Positions 46,203 to 55,299 of a stretch of 64,000 nucleotides of DNA are shown piece by piece. The notes below the pieces were generated by a model. The model searched no databases. It had not been told where the DNA came from and was given only the letters and a program-made list of their open reading frames with translations. Numbering within the stretch: position 1 is the stretch's first letter; each line of letters opens with the position of its first letter. The translations under genes were made by a program, and so were the position numbers. Origin of the DNA: an uncultured bacterium (GTDB lineage Bacteria; Acidobacteriota; Vicinamibacteria; Vicinamibacterales; UBA8438). The stretch spans positions 2,029-66,028 of the forward strand of contig CAWWAF010000003.1 of NCBI GenBank assembly GCA_963934795.1, given 5' to 3'.

Positions 46203-47195
46203 TCAGCGTGTGACCTGGACGGTCACGTTTTCGTAGCTGAAATGCGCGCCGTCGCTCGCGACGGCCCGGAGCGTGTAGTCCCCGGGCTCGAGGAAGGTCA
46301 CCGTGTTCTCCCACCGGTTTCCGGCGGGTGGTTCCGGGAGAATATACGGCGGTGACCACGGGGAGTTTCCCCACACACGCGTATCCATCCAGGCCTTCAT
46401 CTGAACAGGCTCGAACGCCGCGTGGTCGGCCGGCCCGCGAAAGACAATCCACGACAGACGCAGACCCGGGGCGCTGCTGACGACAGACGATCCGACACCG
46501 GCTGTGGTGTAGAACTCGTCCAGGTCCTTCGGGGGCTGTCCACGGTCCGAGCGCTCAGGAAAGTTGTCCGGATCGTTCGCCATGGCGAACAGCGCCAGCG
46601 GTTCGCCGACCTTGGCGCTACGCTGCATCCCGCCCTCCACCGTCAGGTCTGGAGGCAGGTTCGTGCGGAGACGGTCGTCAAGGCTGCCGAAAGCACCACC
46701 CACCTCGGTCGACAGCACCTGGGGGTCCATCCGGTAGTCCGGACTGAGCGTGGCAAATGCCCGGTTCGTTCGCCCATGGCTGGTCAAGGTCCACACCACT
46801 TCCCGCTCTCCGAAGTCCGCCGGTACCTGGACGGTGAAGAGGAACGGGTTGCGTCGTGGATAAAAGTGCGTCGGTTGGCCGCGGTCGGCCGCTGCCGCGT
46901 CAAAGGCCGCGGTCGTGAGGTCGTCCAGCGCATTCGGTTCGGCGATGGAGAAGTAGTTCTTGGGCCCGATCGGGAAGTCGAACTCCTCCTCCCAGTTCGA
47001 ATTCATATAACCGAACCACAGCGTAAATGACCCGTCGTTGTTGGGCCACCAGCCCTCGAACGAGGGGTGGATACTCTGGCCCCGCAGGAACATGAACCGC
47101 GTCTGGGCATCTGCGCCACGCGCCGCGAACGGCGCCGTGACGATGAGAGAGAGCAGTAGCAACCCGAGCGCCGCCCGCGACACAGGCTGACTCAT
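46203..47195 (-). CDS. secreted hypothetical protein with C-terminal Ig/PKD-like domain, partner of the haem-c/Cu-monooxygenase-like gene (copy 1)
   Basis: The ATG at 47195 overlaps the upstream TGA (TGATG). Signal peptide present. Paralogue of 62811..63758, with shared blocks FGYMN.NWEE, GQPT.F.PRRN.F.F.V.VP, VWTLT, L.V.GGM.R...VGEPL and GL(R)(L/V)SW(I/F). C-terminal GDYTLRAVASDGAHFSYENVTVQV. Confidence 0.55.
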   Translation of the reverse strand: MSQPVSRAALGLLLLSLIVTAPFAARGADAQTRFMFLRGQSIHPSFEGWWPNNDGSFTLWFGYMNSNWEEEFDFPIGPKNYFSIAEPNALDDLTTAAFDAAAADRGQPTHFYPRRNPFLFTVQVPADFGEREVVWTLTSHGRTNRAFATLSPDYRMDPQVLSTEVGGAFGSLDDRLRTNLPPDLTVEGGMQRSAKVGEPLALFAMANDPDNFPERSDRGQPPKDLDEFYTTAGVGSSVVSSAPGLRLSWIVFRGPADHAAFEPVQMKAWMDTRVWGNSPWSPPYILPEPPAGNRWENTVTFLEPGDYTLRAVASDGAHFSYENVTVQVTR

Positions 47196-48682
47196 CACTG
47201 CTGTCCGCTTTCCTCTGTGGCGGTCTCCATCGGCGGCACCGGAGCCCAACACAACGGGCAGCCGACGTCATATTCGTTCCGGTCCTTCATGGCGGCGCGT
47301 CGGTCGGCCATCTCGCCCTGGAATTGTTCCTCTGTGAGCTCGACGGCATAGCCGAGGTCAATGAACATATTGGCGACAGATCGCCGGCCACCGCCGGCCC
47401 AGTTCCTGCTGTCCGCGAGGTTCTTGTTGCCCGGGGTCGTGTCCAGGAAGCCAACGATGTGCAGGATGGTGCCTTTCGGCAGCAGCGGCGCCGCATCGTC
47501 CTCGTAGACGTACTGCTTGACCCAACTGTGGTCGTAGCCGACGCAATTGAGTGTGAAGTGGTTCTTGCCCCAGATCGCTTCGATACACATGCGCGTGCCG
47601 GGTGCGTGCAGATGGGGTTCGAAGGCGACGAGCTTGGTGTGCTGATTCAGCACCGTGAACGCGTGCATCTCCTGGCCGGAACGACCGGGCGCGACGTCGA
47701 TGTCGTTGCCGTTACCCAACCCCACCCGAGCGCGGTCGCCGTACTCCGGTGCGTAGCCCTTGTCGTGGAAGATGAAGCCAAATTCAAGATGTGCGGTCGT
47801 TTCCGCGATGCCGTTCGAGTGGAGGTGGCTGGCACCCAGGTGCAATGCGGAGCCCGCCTGCAGCAGCGTGCCAAATTTCTCCGGGAAGATGTCGGCGTTG
47901 CGTCCCACTTCGTGGATCGGCCAGCGCACGCGGGTGTCCTCGTCTATATCGGTGCCGTCCTCGTTCAGGACTCCGCTGGAATAGGTCATATGGTGGAAGA
48001 TGTACCGTCCACCGACGGTATTGTCTCCGGCCCCCGGAGGGATATCGTTGATCTCCCTCACCTCTACCGCTTTCACATACCGGTCTTCCGTGAGGCCCGT
48101 CGGCACCAAGCCGATGTCACCCCAGCGGTCCGGCCCAACGGCGGGGCGCGTCATATCTTTCGAACGTAACACGAGGTCCGGTTCCCCGATGGTCCACTCT
48201 CCGGCGCCGGCAAATTCGAGCGGCGGGGGCATGTCGTTGGCATCCCCGCGGGGCGCGCCGTGGTCCGCCCACGCCTGAATCAGCGCGAGCTCCTCGTCGC
48301 TCAGGGAGGGGTCGTTCTTGAATTTGAGGATGCCGAGATCCTTCTCAAGGAAGAACGGTGGCATCGCGCCCTGCCGGTCTCTGATGGAGGTTCTGGTCTT
48401 GATCGAACGAGCCCAGGGCCTCACCTGATCGTAGGTGAGGAGGGACATGGGTGCGCCGCCGTCGGGCCGATGACAGCCCTGACAGCTTCGCTGCAAGATG
48501 GGTGCGATGTGCTTGGTGAACGTGACATCCTCGGCGTCGATGCCGAAATCGGCCACGTCATATAAGTGGACATTGGGATGGGGGTCGCTACCGGCGAGCG
48601 ATTGCGCCGCCGCGGCGGCGGGTGCCAAGGTCACCAACGGAACGATCAGGGCCGCCGCGTACGCGAACAGTTTGGTGCGCAT
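47195..48682 (-). CDS. secreted fusion: c-type cytochrome (CxxCH, PSCyt1-like) N-domain plus PHM/DBH-like copper monooxygenase core (copy 1)
   Basis: Signal peptide. HIAPILQRSCQGCHRPDGGAPMSL. His/Met ligand-like motifs occur in PHM order and spacing: YIFHHMTY, then about 56 aa later ASHLHSNG, then about 70 aa later FEPHLHAPGTRMC, then about 80 aa later VANMFIDLGY. Confidence 0.5.
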   Translation of the reverse strand: MRTKLFAYAAALIVPLVTLAPAAAAAQSLAGSDPHPNVHLYDVADFGIDAEDVTFTKHIAPILQRSCQGCHRPDGGAPMSLLTYDQVRPWARSIKTRTSIRDRQGAMPPFFLEKDLGILKFKNDPSLSDEELALIQAWADHGAPRGDANDMPPPLEFAGAGEWTIGEPDLVLRSKDMTRPAVGPDRWGDIGLVPTGLTEDRYVKAVEVREINDIPPGAGDNTVGGRYIFHHMTYSSGVLNEDGTDIDEDTRVRWPIHEVGRNADIFPEKFGTLLQAGSALHLGASHLHSNGIAETTAHLEFGFIFHDKGYAPEYGDRARVGLGNGNDIDVAPGRSGQEMHAFTVLNQHTKLVAFEPHLHAPGTRMCIEAIWGKNHFTLNCVGYDHSWVKQYVYEDDAAPLLPKGTILHIVGFLDTTPGNKNLADSRNWAGGGRRSVANMFIDLGYAVELTEEQFQGEMADRRAAMKDRNEYDVGCPLCWAPVPPMETATEESGQQ

Positions 48683-48896
48683 TTCACACTCCCTATACAC
48701 AACGTCCCGACGCCAACCCATGGTGGGTTGAGGCTGTCGGTCACCTAGCTTGCAGAAACGCTCCATTATGACCTGGACCGCACCGTCAGCTCAATCACCA
48801 AACCGACTCGGCTAGATGGTCTTTTGCCCCGTCGAGCGTCGGAGACGGTGACCCAGGGCGCGACAACGCCCGCCCTGGGTCAGCCCGATCCGAGTG

Positions 48897-49475
48897 CTAG
48901 TTGAAGCGAATGCCGCCGAGAATGGCGAACGTGGTGCTCCTGACGTCTCGCGCGTTCGTCTCTTTCGCAATGTTCCGGAATCCCCAGGTGCCGCGACCCT
49001 CGATGATGAATCTCGAGATCTCGAACCCGATGCCGGCCACGATGCTCACGTCGACGCGCTCAACCTCGTCGGTAGTAATCGCAAGCTCGTCTTTGAACAA
49101 CAGATCGAGCGACGGTCCCGCGATGCCGTACACCACCGCGTCACTGAGTCCCGTGCCCGAAGACCCAATGTTGATTCGCAACAGTGCAGGCACTTGGAAG
49201 TAGTACAGGGGCGATTCGCCGGCTGCGGAATCGCTCTTCTTGGCCAGGACGTTGAACTCGCCCATGAAGCCGATCGTGCCCGGGCGGTTGCCGCCGAAGA
49301 ACAGGCCCGCCTGCCATCCTTGACCGCTGTCGAACGCCTCCGTGGCGTCGAACGACGAATGCAGAAAGCCGCCCTTGACGCCGACACCGATGCCCTGCGC
49401 CTCGGTCAGAGCCGGGGCGGACAGAAACATCGAGACCAGTGCCGCGAAGGCCACTACGCGAACCACACGATTCAT
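48897..49475 (-). CDS. outer-membrane beta-barrel (OmpA-like TM / porin family) protein
   Basis: 192 aa. Signal peptide, alternating hydrophobic beta-strand pattern, and C-terminal ...FAILGGIRFN. Confidence 0.7.
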   Translation of the reverse strand: MNRVVRVVAFAALVSMFLSAPALTEAQGIGVGVKGGFLHSSFDATEAFDSGQGWQAGLFFGGNRPGTIGFMGEFNVLAKKSDSAAGESPLYYFQVPALLRINIGSSGTGLSDAVVYGIAGPSLDLLFKDELAITTDEVERVDVSIVAGIGFEISRFIIEGRGTWGFRNIAKETNARDVRSTTFAILGGIRFN

Positions 49476-49596
49476 GGGGAAAAAAGGCAGCGGACGAGCA
49501 GGCGGAATGCCTCCTCACCTGAGCGCGCTGTCTCTTGACATGATCCTCCCGGCGGCGTGCCGACATCGAGCCCCGCCAGCCGCGCTCCAGAGGGGT

Positions 49597-51363
49597 ATGC
49601 TCACCATAGCAATTATGTCTGCACTGCCCGTTTCGATGGTTCGGCTGCTGGCGCTTGCTGTCGTGTCCGCTCTGCTTGCTGGCACCGTCTGGGCGTTGCA
49701 ACAGGCCGGGGATATTCCTGCCGATGCGACAGGTTCCGTGATTCTCTCGATCGTGGGTACCACGGACCTCCACGGGAGGGTGTTGCCCAGCAATGGGCGG
49801 GGAGGACTCGCGCTGCTGGGCGGATATCTGAGCAACCTGCGCGGAGCCCGCGCGGCCGACGGTGGTGCGGTGCTGCTGCTGGACGCGGGTGACACGTTCC
49901 AGGGAGGAATCGAGTCCAACCTCTCGGAAGGTGCACTGGTGGTCGACGCCTACAACGCCTTGGGCTACGACGCGCTGGCCATCGGCAATCATGAGTTCGA
50001 GTACGGGGCGCGTGACGACAACGCGTCTGGGACTGGCGAATCGGACATGCGCGGTGCCTTGAAGGCCGCGGCGGTTCGGGCGCGATTTCCATTGCTGGCG
50101 GCCAACGTCATCGACGAGGCCACCGGCCGCCCGGTGACATGGCCAAATGTTCGGCCGTCCACGGTGGTCGATACCGCAGGCCTCCGCGTGGGCATCGTGG
50201 GCGTGATGACCTACGACGGCCTCACGAAAACCCTCGCTGCGAACGTCCAAGGGCTCGCAACGGCGCCGCTCATCCCCAGCGTTGAGGCCGAGGCGAGGCG
50301 TCTGCGCGAACGCGGCGTCGACGTCGTGGTCGTGCTGGCCCACGCCGGAGGATGGTGTGAGCAGTTCGACGATCCCGCCGACCTGTCGTCGTGCGACGAC
50401 GACGCGGAGATCTTCCGGCTGGCTCGAGGACTCCCGTCTGGTCTCGTGGATGCGGTCGTGGCGGGACACACCCACGCGGGGGTTGCGCACGAGGTGGCGG
50501 GCATTCCCATCGTGCAGGCGTATTCGAGAGGGGCTGCGTTTGCTCGGCTGGATCTCACCATCGAGCGCGGGGTCGGCGTGCGGTCGTCGCGCATCTTCGC
50601 GCCCCAGGGCTTATGCGCCGCCATCGGCCCGGACGGCGCGTGCCGGGAGGGTGGCTCGACCCCGGCGTTCTACGAAACGGCGCCGGTCAGGCCGGACGCA
50701 TCCGTGGTGGCGGCGATGCAGCCGGAGCTCGATCGGGTGCGGCGTTGGCGAGCCGTCCCACTGGGGATTCTGATCGAGACGCCCCTGCCGAGGAACCCAG
50801 AAGACTTCGAGTCGCCACTCGCGAACCTCTTCGCGGATGCGCTCCTGGCAGCCGTGCCGGGTGCTGACGTGGCTATTGGCCTGGGGGCGCGACGCGGCGG
50901 GTTGCGTACGGATGTCGCGGCGGGGGCGCTCACGCGCGGATCGCTCTACGACGTGTTCCCGTTCGACAATCGCGTGGTCACGCTCAGATTGACTGGGGCG
51001 CAGCTCAGGCAGGCACTCGTCGTGGCTCTCGCCCGCGGGCGTCGTGGAGTACCCGGACTCTCCGGTGCTCGCGTGGAGGTGCGGTGCGAAGGGGAGAGGC
51101 CCACGGTGGACCTTGCCTGGCCCTCCGGTGTGCCGATCCGCCCGACCGACGCACTGGTTGTCGCGACCACTGACTTCTTCGCCGCGCGAGCGTCCGTCCG
51201 CTCCGCCGCACCGCCGAAGACGGAGTGGGCGTTTGCGCCCCTGGTTCGCGACGCCGCCGCCAGCTGGCTTACCGCCCGCGGCGGCCGGCTCCGCGCCGTC
51301 GACCTCTTGAGCCCGCCTCGCTGGGAGCTGCTCGACAGCGGCGCGTGCCTTGCGGCCGACTAG
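49597..51363 (+). CDS. bifunctional metallophosphatase / 5'-nucleotidase (UshA-like)
   Basis: GTTDLHG, DAGDTFQGG and GNHEFEYG metallophosphoesterase motifs plus a C-terminal 5'-nucleotidase domain. ATG 49597 is preceded by AGAGGGG. Confidence 0.85.
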   Translation: MLTIAIMSALPVSMVRLLALAVVSALLAGTVWALQQAGDIPADATGSVILSIVGTTDLHGRVLPSNGRGGLALLGGYLSNLRGARAADGGAVLLLDAGDTFQGGIESNLSEGALVVDAYNALGYDALAIGNHEFEYGARDDNASGTGESDMRGALKAAAVRARFPLLAANVIDEATGRPVTWPNVRPSTVVDTAGLRVGIVGVMTYDGLTKTLAANVQGLATAPLIPSVEAEARRLRERGVDVVVVLAHAGGWCEQFDDPADLSSCDDDAEIFRLARGLPSGLVDAVVAGHTHAGVAHEVAGIPIVQAYSRGAAFARLDLTIERGVGVRSSRIFAPQGLCAAIGPDGACREGGSTPAFYETAPVRPDASVVAAMQPELDRVRRWRAVPLGILIETPLPRNPEDFESPLANLFADALLAAVPGADVAIGLGARRGGLRTDVAAGALTRGSLYDVFPFDNRVVTLRLTGAQLRQALVVALARGRRGVPGLSGARVEVRCEGERPTVDLAWPSGVPIRPTDALVVATTDFFAARASVRSAAPPKTEWAFAPLVRDAAASWLTARGGRLRAVDLLSPPRWELLDSGACLAAD

Positions 51364-51380
51364 TTCGCTTGGGGAGGTGA

Positions 51381-52301
51381 TTACCTCGGTTCACCGGGCC
51401 GAGTGCCATCCCGTTCCTGAACGCGAGCGCCGCGTAACAGGTTCTCCATGCCGTAGTTCCCCTCGTGGCAGGCATATTCGTAGATCGGACCGTCGAACCG
51501 CGCCAGCGGAATCGACGCGGTCCAGGGGCCGGCGTAGGTGGTGGGGTCTTCGACGGTGTAGCGATGGTCGAGGGTGTTGGCGTCCACACGGGTGAAACGT
51601 TCGACCAGACGCAGGTTCGCGCCGGCCCCGGGGCAGCAGTTGTACGAGTTGAAGACGATCTGCTCGGCGAAGTTGGTTGTCTCGACCACCAGCGTGTCGC
51701 CATCCCATCGTCCCCGGGAATCGCCCATCCAGAGCCCGATGTCGCCATCGATGTGCGGCCGGTCGTCGAGTGGAATGATCCGGACCTCGTGAATCATCTC
51801 CTGCAGAATCGTTACGTAGCCGGGCGTCTGCAGAATCAAGAAATTGTTGTTGTACCCGCCGGGGCGCTTCGGTGCCCCTCGCGTCACGCAGCGCTCCGCC
51901 AGGTTCCGGTTGGTCCAGGAGTCGGCCCCACGCGCCCATTCGGCTCGAGCTTGTCCGTCCGCCGTGAATGCGGGTATTCGGCCGTCGGACGGGTCGATCA
52001 CCAGCGAGGTCTGCGTCAGGCGGGTGCCCCGCTCCCACCAAAATTCGTTGTAGGTACCGGGGTCCCCGGCCCGTGGCGGACGATCGTTGCGTCCGACCGC
52101 TTGGGCATCGAGCGTGGCCATTTCCTCATCGGTGAGTACGGTGCGGTTCGCCATGTCTGGCGGTCGTTCGAGCGGAGTCGTGGTCGAATTGGTCCACAGC
52201 CCGTGCAGATTACGCTGGCCGTCCGGCGTCAGCGGAGTTTGGGCGGCGACCCGGACGAACACACACAGGACGATGGCGACCAGCCAATAGCAGTTTTTCA
52301 T
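51381..52301 (-). CDS. secreted protein, 'EYACHEGN' paralogue family (P4)
   Basis: The internal ATG 52301 gives the signal peptide MKNCYWLVAIVLCVFVRVAAQ. Blocks TTPLERP, ERC, YNNNFLILQTPGYV, WMGDSRGRWDGDTLVVETTNF and YEYACHEGNYGMENLLRGAR. Confidence 0.6.
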   Translation of the reverse strand: MKNCYWLVAIVLCVFVRVAAQTPLTPDGQRNLHGLWTNSTTTPLERPPDMANRTVLTDEEMATLDAQAVGRNDRPPRAGDPGTYNEFWWERGTRLTQTSLVIDPSDGRIPAFTADGQARAEWARGADSWTNRNLAERCVTRGAPKRPGGYNNNFLILQTPGYVTILQEMIHEVRIIPLDDRPHIDGDIGLWMGDSRGRWDGDTLVVETTNFAEQIVFNSYNCCPGAGANLRLVERFTRVDANTLDHRYTVEDPTTYAGPWTASIPLARFDGPIYEYACHEGNYGMENLLRGARVQERDGTRPGEPR

Positions 52302-52309
52302 GGCACCCC

Positions 52310-53464
52310 TCAGGAAGAACGCGGCGATTGTCTCACCGCGACGTCGTCCGGCACGGATGCACTGGAATCTGGGGAACGGCGTGGGGGCTCCAGAGGCGAT
52401 GCCGGTTCGGTATGTCCGTCGGTTCCAGACAGGAAGCGGCGGATGTGTGGCGCCGCGAGCAGGCGACGGCCTTGCTCCCGACCCCGTTCGAATGTGCGCA
52501 TGATGACCACGGGATCGAAACACAGGAAGCCTGCCTCGACCACGTGGTCGGGATGGATGACCAGAAGTGTGCCGTCGGCGAGGGCGCGCGCGACGGACGG
52601 GTGGTCGTTCAACGCCCGCAGTCGCAGGCTCGTCTCCCAGAGGCGACCGTTTGGATCGCAACAGAAGACCACGGTGCGGGGCGTCGCCGTCCAGCGGGCT
52701 AGGCCCCGGAAACGGGCGTCGTCCTCGAAGATCGCCATGGGCATCTTCAGAGCGAACCCTCCGTCAACGAATATCGCCTGCCTATCGTTCGGGAACAAGC
52801 CGCCGGGCGAAAGCAGCGTCGGTTGGATCGCAGGCCCCATGGCCAGCGGCACCAGGCACGAGGCCTCGATAGCGCAGTGGTAGTTAGCCCGTGTGAGCGG
52901 CCGAACACACTCAGATTGCAGCGCGTCCGGGAGGTTGGTGGCGAACACGACCGGGTCCACCTGGTAGCGAGGCCGGTACTTTAGCCGCCCAGGAAGTTTG
53001 CGGGTGGCCGCCATCGCGAACAACTTGGTCAAATCGGCACGCCCCGGCGTCCGTCCGTCCAGGCGCCGAATCCGCGACGTGAACACGAGCAAGGTCCGCT
53101 GCGCCGACTCGTCGAACACGTCATCCACTTCGGGAGGCTCCATCACGTAACGGATGGACGCGTGCAGGTGCTTCCGAAAGCGGCTACGTGGCCACTCGTT
53201 CGCAACGAAGTCGGCGAGAGGATACCGCTTCGGGATCTCCGGAGCCCCCCAGACCGTCCAGCCTTTCAGTACCGTCGCCTCGCTGCCGGTGGCCACATCG
53301 GCGGCGGCATAGCCACCCGCCGACGCGCCCATCGCTATCGTGGGATAGCCCCCGTTCGTGCGCGTCCATCGCATCACTTCGTAGAGGACGCCACCTTGCC
53401 AGGCGCCGCGCCCGGCGCCGCCCGAGTCGAGAATCCAGGTGCAGGAGAAGGGCCTTGTCACCAT
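52310..53464 (-). CDS. patatin-like phospholipase family protein
   Basis: DSGGAGRG (oxyanion GGxRG), GASAGG (GxSxG) and VDGGF (catalytic Asp). The start ATG at 53464 overlaps the DASS gene stop (ATGGTGA). Confidence 0.8.
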   Translation of the reverse strand: MVTRPFSCTWILDSGGAGRGAWQGGVLYEVMRWTRTNGGYPTIAMGASAGGYAAADVATGSEATVLKGWTVWGAPEIPKRYPLADFVANEWPRSRFRKHLHASIRYVMEPPEVDDVFDESAQRTLLVFTSRIRRLDGRTPGRADLTKLFAMAATRKLPGRLKYRPRYQVDPVVFATNLPDALQSECVRPLTRANYHCAIEASCLVPLAMGPAIQPTLLSPGGLFPNDRQAIFVDGGFALKMPMAIFEDDARFRGLARWTATPRTVVFCCDPNGRLWETSLRLRALNDHPSVARALADGTLLVIHPDHVVEAGFLCFDPVVIMRTFERGREQGRRLLAAPHIRRFLSGTDGHTEPASPLEPPRRSPDSSASVPDDVAVRQSPRSS

Positions 53465-54870
53465 AGGCCAATCACCCGCCACCACAACCCGCCGATCACC
53501 GTCCAGATGACGATATTGATGACGCTGATGAGCGCCCCGAGTTGCCACCACGCCCCCAATTCGACGTAACCAGAGCCAAAGAACACCGGCGCGGGCCCAG
53601 TGCCGTAGTGACTCAGCCCGGCAAAGAGGTTGCTGAAGAACGCCAAGACGAGGGCGGCCAGGGCCGGCGGGGCCCCGGATGCGATAGCCATGGCCAGGAA
53701 TGCGGCGTACATGGCGACGACGTGGGCGGTGTTGCTGGCAAAAAAGTAGTGGCTGTAGAAATAGACAAGACTCAGGGCCAGGAGGGCCGGCACCCACCCG
53801 ATGCCCTCGACCATACCGCCCATCGTCGTGGCAAACCACGGGATCAGCCCGAGTTCGTTCAGGTAGTTGGCCATCATCACCAACGTCGAGATCCAGACGA
53901 GCGTGTTCCAGGCGCCCTGTTCCTGCAGGACGTCGTCCCACGTCAAGGTGCCACTCAAGAGGAGCAATGACAGACCAATGAACGCGGCGGTGGTCCCGGT
54001 GCCGTCGAGCCCGAGCGGTGCCCCGAAAATCCACAAGCTCAGCAGCAGCACGAACGTGGCGAGCATCGTCCACTCGTCGGGCTTGAGCGGGCCCATCTCG
54101 CGCAGCTGGGTGCGGGCGAGTTCCCTCGCGCCGGGCGTCTCTCGGATGCCGGGGGGGTAGACCGTATACAGAACCCACGGCATCACCGTGAGGCTCACCA
54201 GCCCTGGCACAATGGCCGCCAGCGCCCATCCACCCCATGTCAGTTGCACACCCGCGTCGCCAGCCAACCGCACGATAATCGGATTCGCCGCCATGGCGGT
54301 GACAAACATCGCGCTCGTGATCACGGTGCCCTGATAGGCCGTCTTCATCAGAAACGCGCCGATGGCACGTGCCGTCCCGTCGTTCGGGTGGCTTCCATAC
54401 GACCGGGCAATCGAGCCCACGATAGGAAAAATCACCCCAGCGGCACGGGCTGTATTGCTGGGCATGGCGGGCGCCAAGGTCAAGTCCGCCGCGACGAGGC
54501 TGTAGGCCAGGCCCAGTGACGTCTGCCCGCACGCCGCCATGAAGAGATAGGCGATCCGAGCCCCCAGACCGGTCTTGATGAAGCCACGAGAGATAAAGAA
54601 GGCGATCACGATGAGCCAGATCACTCGCTCGCCAAAACCGCTGACCGACTGCTCGATCGTGAGCGTGCCGCTGAGACTGGTCGCCGCGATGCCGAACAAG
54701 GCGACCGCACCCATCGGGTATGGGTTGGTGATGATGCCCACAATCGTGGCCACGAAGATGGCCAGGAGATGCCACGCTTGGGTGCCGACGCCGTCCGGGG
54801 GCGGGATGACCCACAGTACGACACCGACGGCCAGCGTGCCCGCCAGGCGTAGCGACCTACTCCGGTTCAA
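53458..54870 (-). CDS. DASS family (SLC13-like) sodium-coupled anion/dicarboxylate symporter
   Basis: 470 aa and polytopic. Contains PAMPSNTARAAGVIFPIV and a repeated hairpin motif pattern typical of CitT/SdcS-type carriers. Confidence 0.85.
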   Translation of the reverse strand: MNRSRSLRLAGTLAVGVVLWVIPPPDGVGTQAWHLLAIFVATIVGIITNPYPMGAVALFGIAATSLSGTLTIEQSVSGFGERVIWLIVIAFFISRGFIKTGLGARIAYLFMAACGQTSLGLAYSLVAADLTLAPAMPSNTARAAGVIFPIVGSIARSYGSHPNDGTARAIGAFLMKTAYQGTVITSAMFVTAMAANPIIVRLAGDAGVQLTWGGWALAAIVPGLVSLTVMPWVLYTVYPPGIRETPGARELARTQLREMGPLKPDEWTMLATFVLLLSLWIFGAPLGLDGTGTTAAFIGLSLLLLSGTLTWDDVLQEQGAWNTLVWISTLVMMANYLNELGLIPWFATTMGGMVEGIGWVPALLALSLVYFYSHYFFASNTAHVVAMYAAFLAMAIASGAPPALAALVLAFFSNLFAGLSHYGTGPAPVFFGSGYVELGAWWQLGALISVINIVIWTVIGGLWWRVIGLW

Positions 54871-55299
54871 GGTCCTGGCCGGGGTTCAGAGGCATCGGGA
54901 ACTGAAACGACTGGTTGTCGCGGCCCTCCGGACCTGCCCGGCGGGCCGCGACGCACCCTGACAGGGATGATAGACATCGAGCGGCCAGCCTCGCATGCCA
55001 TCGGCCGATGCCGTGCAGGCGTGGCTGGGAGGGCGGCGTGCCTCTGCATTCCGTTCGGGCCTTTCTCGATGACTTCCGGTCAACCGCGACCGTAAATTGC
55101 CATTTAGCAAGGACACGCACGATAGCAGATTTCAGAAGCGCGATCATCAGATCGGATCCGTCAATCCCCATCGACGGGAGATTGGCGCGTCGGCGCTCAC
55201 ATTGTGCCCCCCCACGCCTACCCCGCAGAACTCGTCGAGAGCCGCTATAATTGATGGACCATTACGGCCCATGAACGACTTCGACAAGGACCATCACTC

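Noticed and set aside
49141-50490. 449-aa minus-strand ORF, plus similar long antisense ORFs at 55294..56445, 60690..61883, 61456..62760, 25212..26393 and 19448..20443
   Set aside because: All lie opposite genes with strong family motifs. They have Arg/Pro/Gly-biased low-complexity products and no recognisable domains. They are shadow ORFs.
53465-54814. N-terminal roughly 450 aa of the 834-aa ORF 52310..54814
   Set aside because: This part overlaps the DASS transporter gene in another frame and is Arg/Gly/His-rich with no motifs. Only the C-terminal 384 aa, from ATG 53464, show patatin motifs. The long ORF is an upstream open-frame extension.
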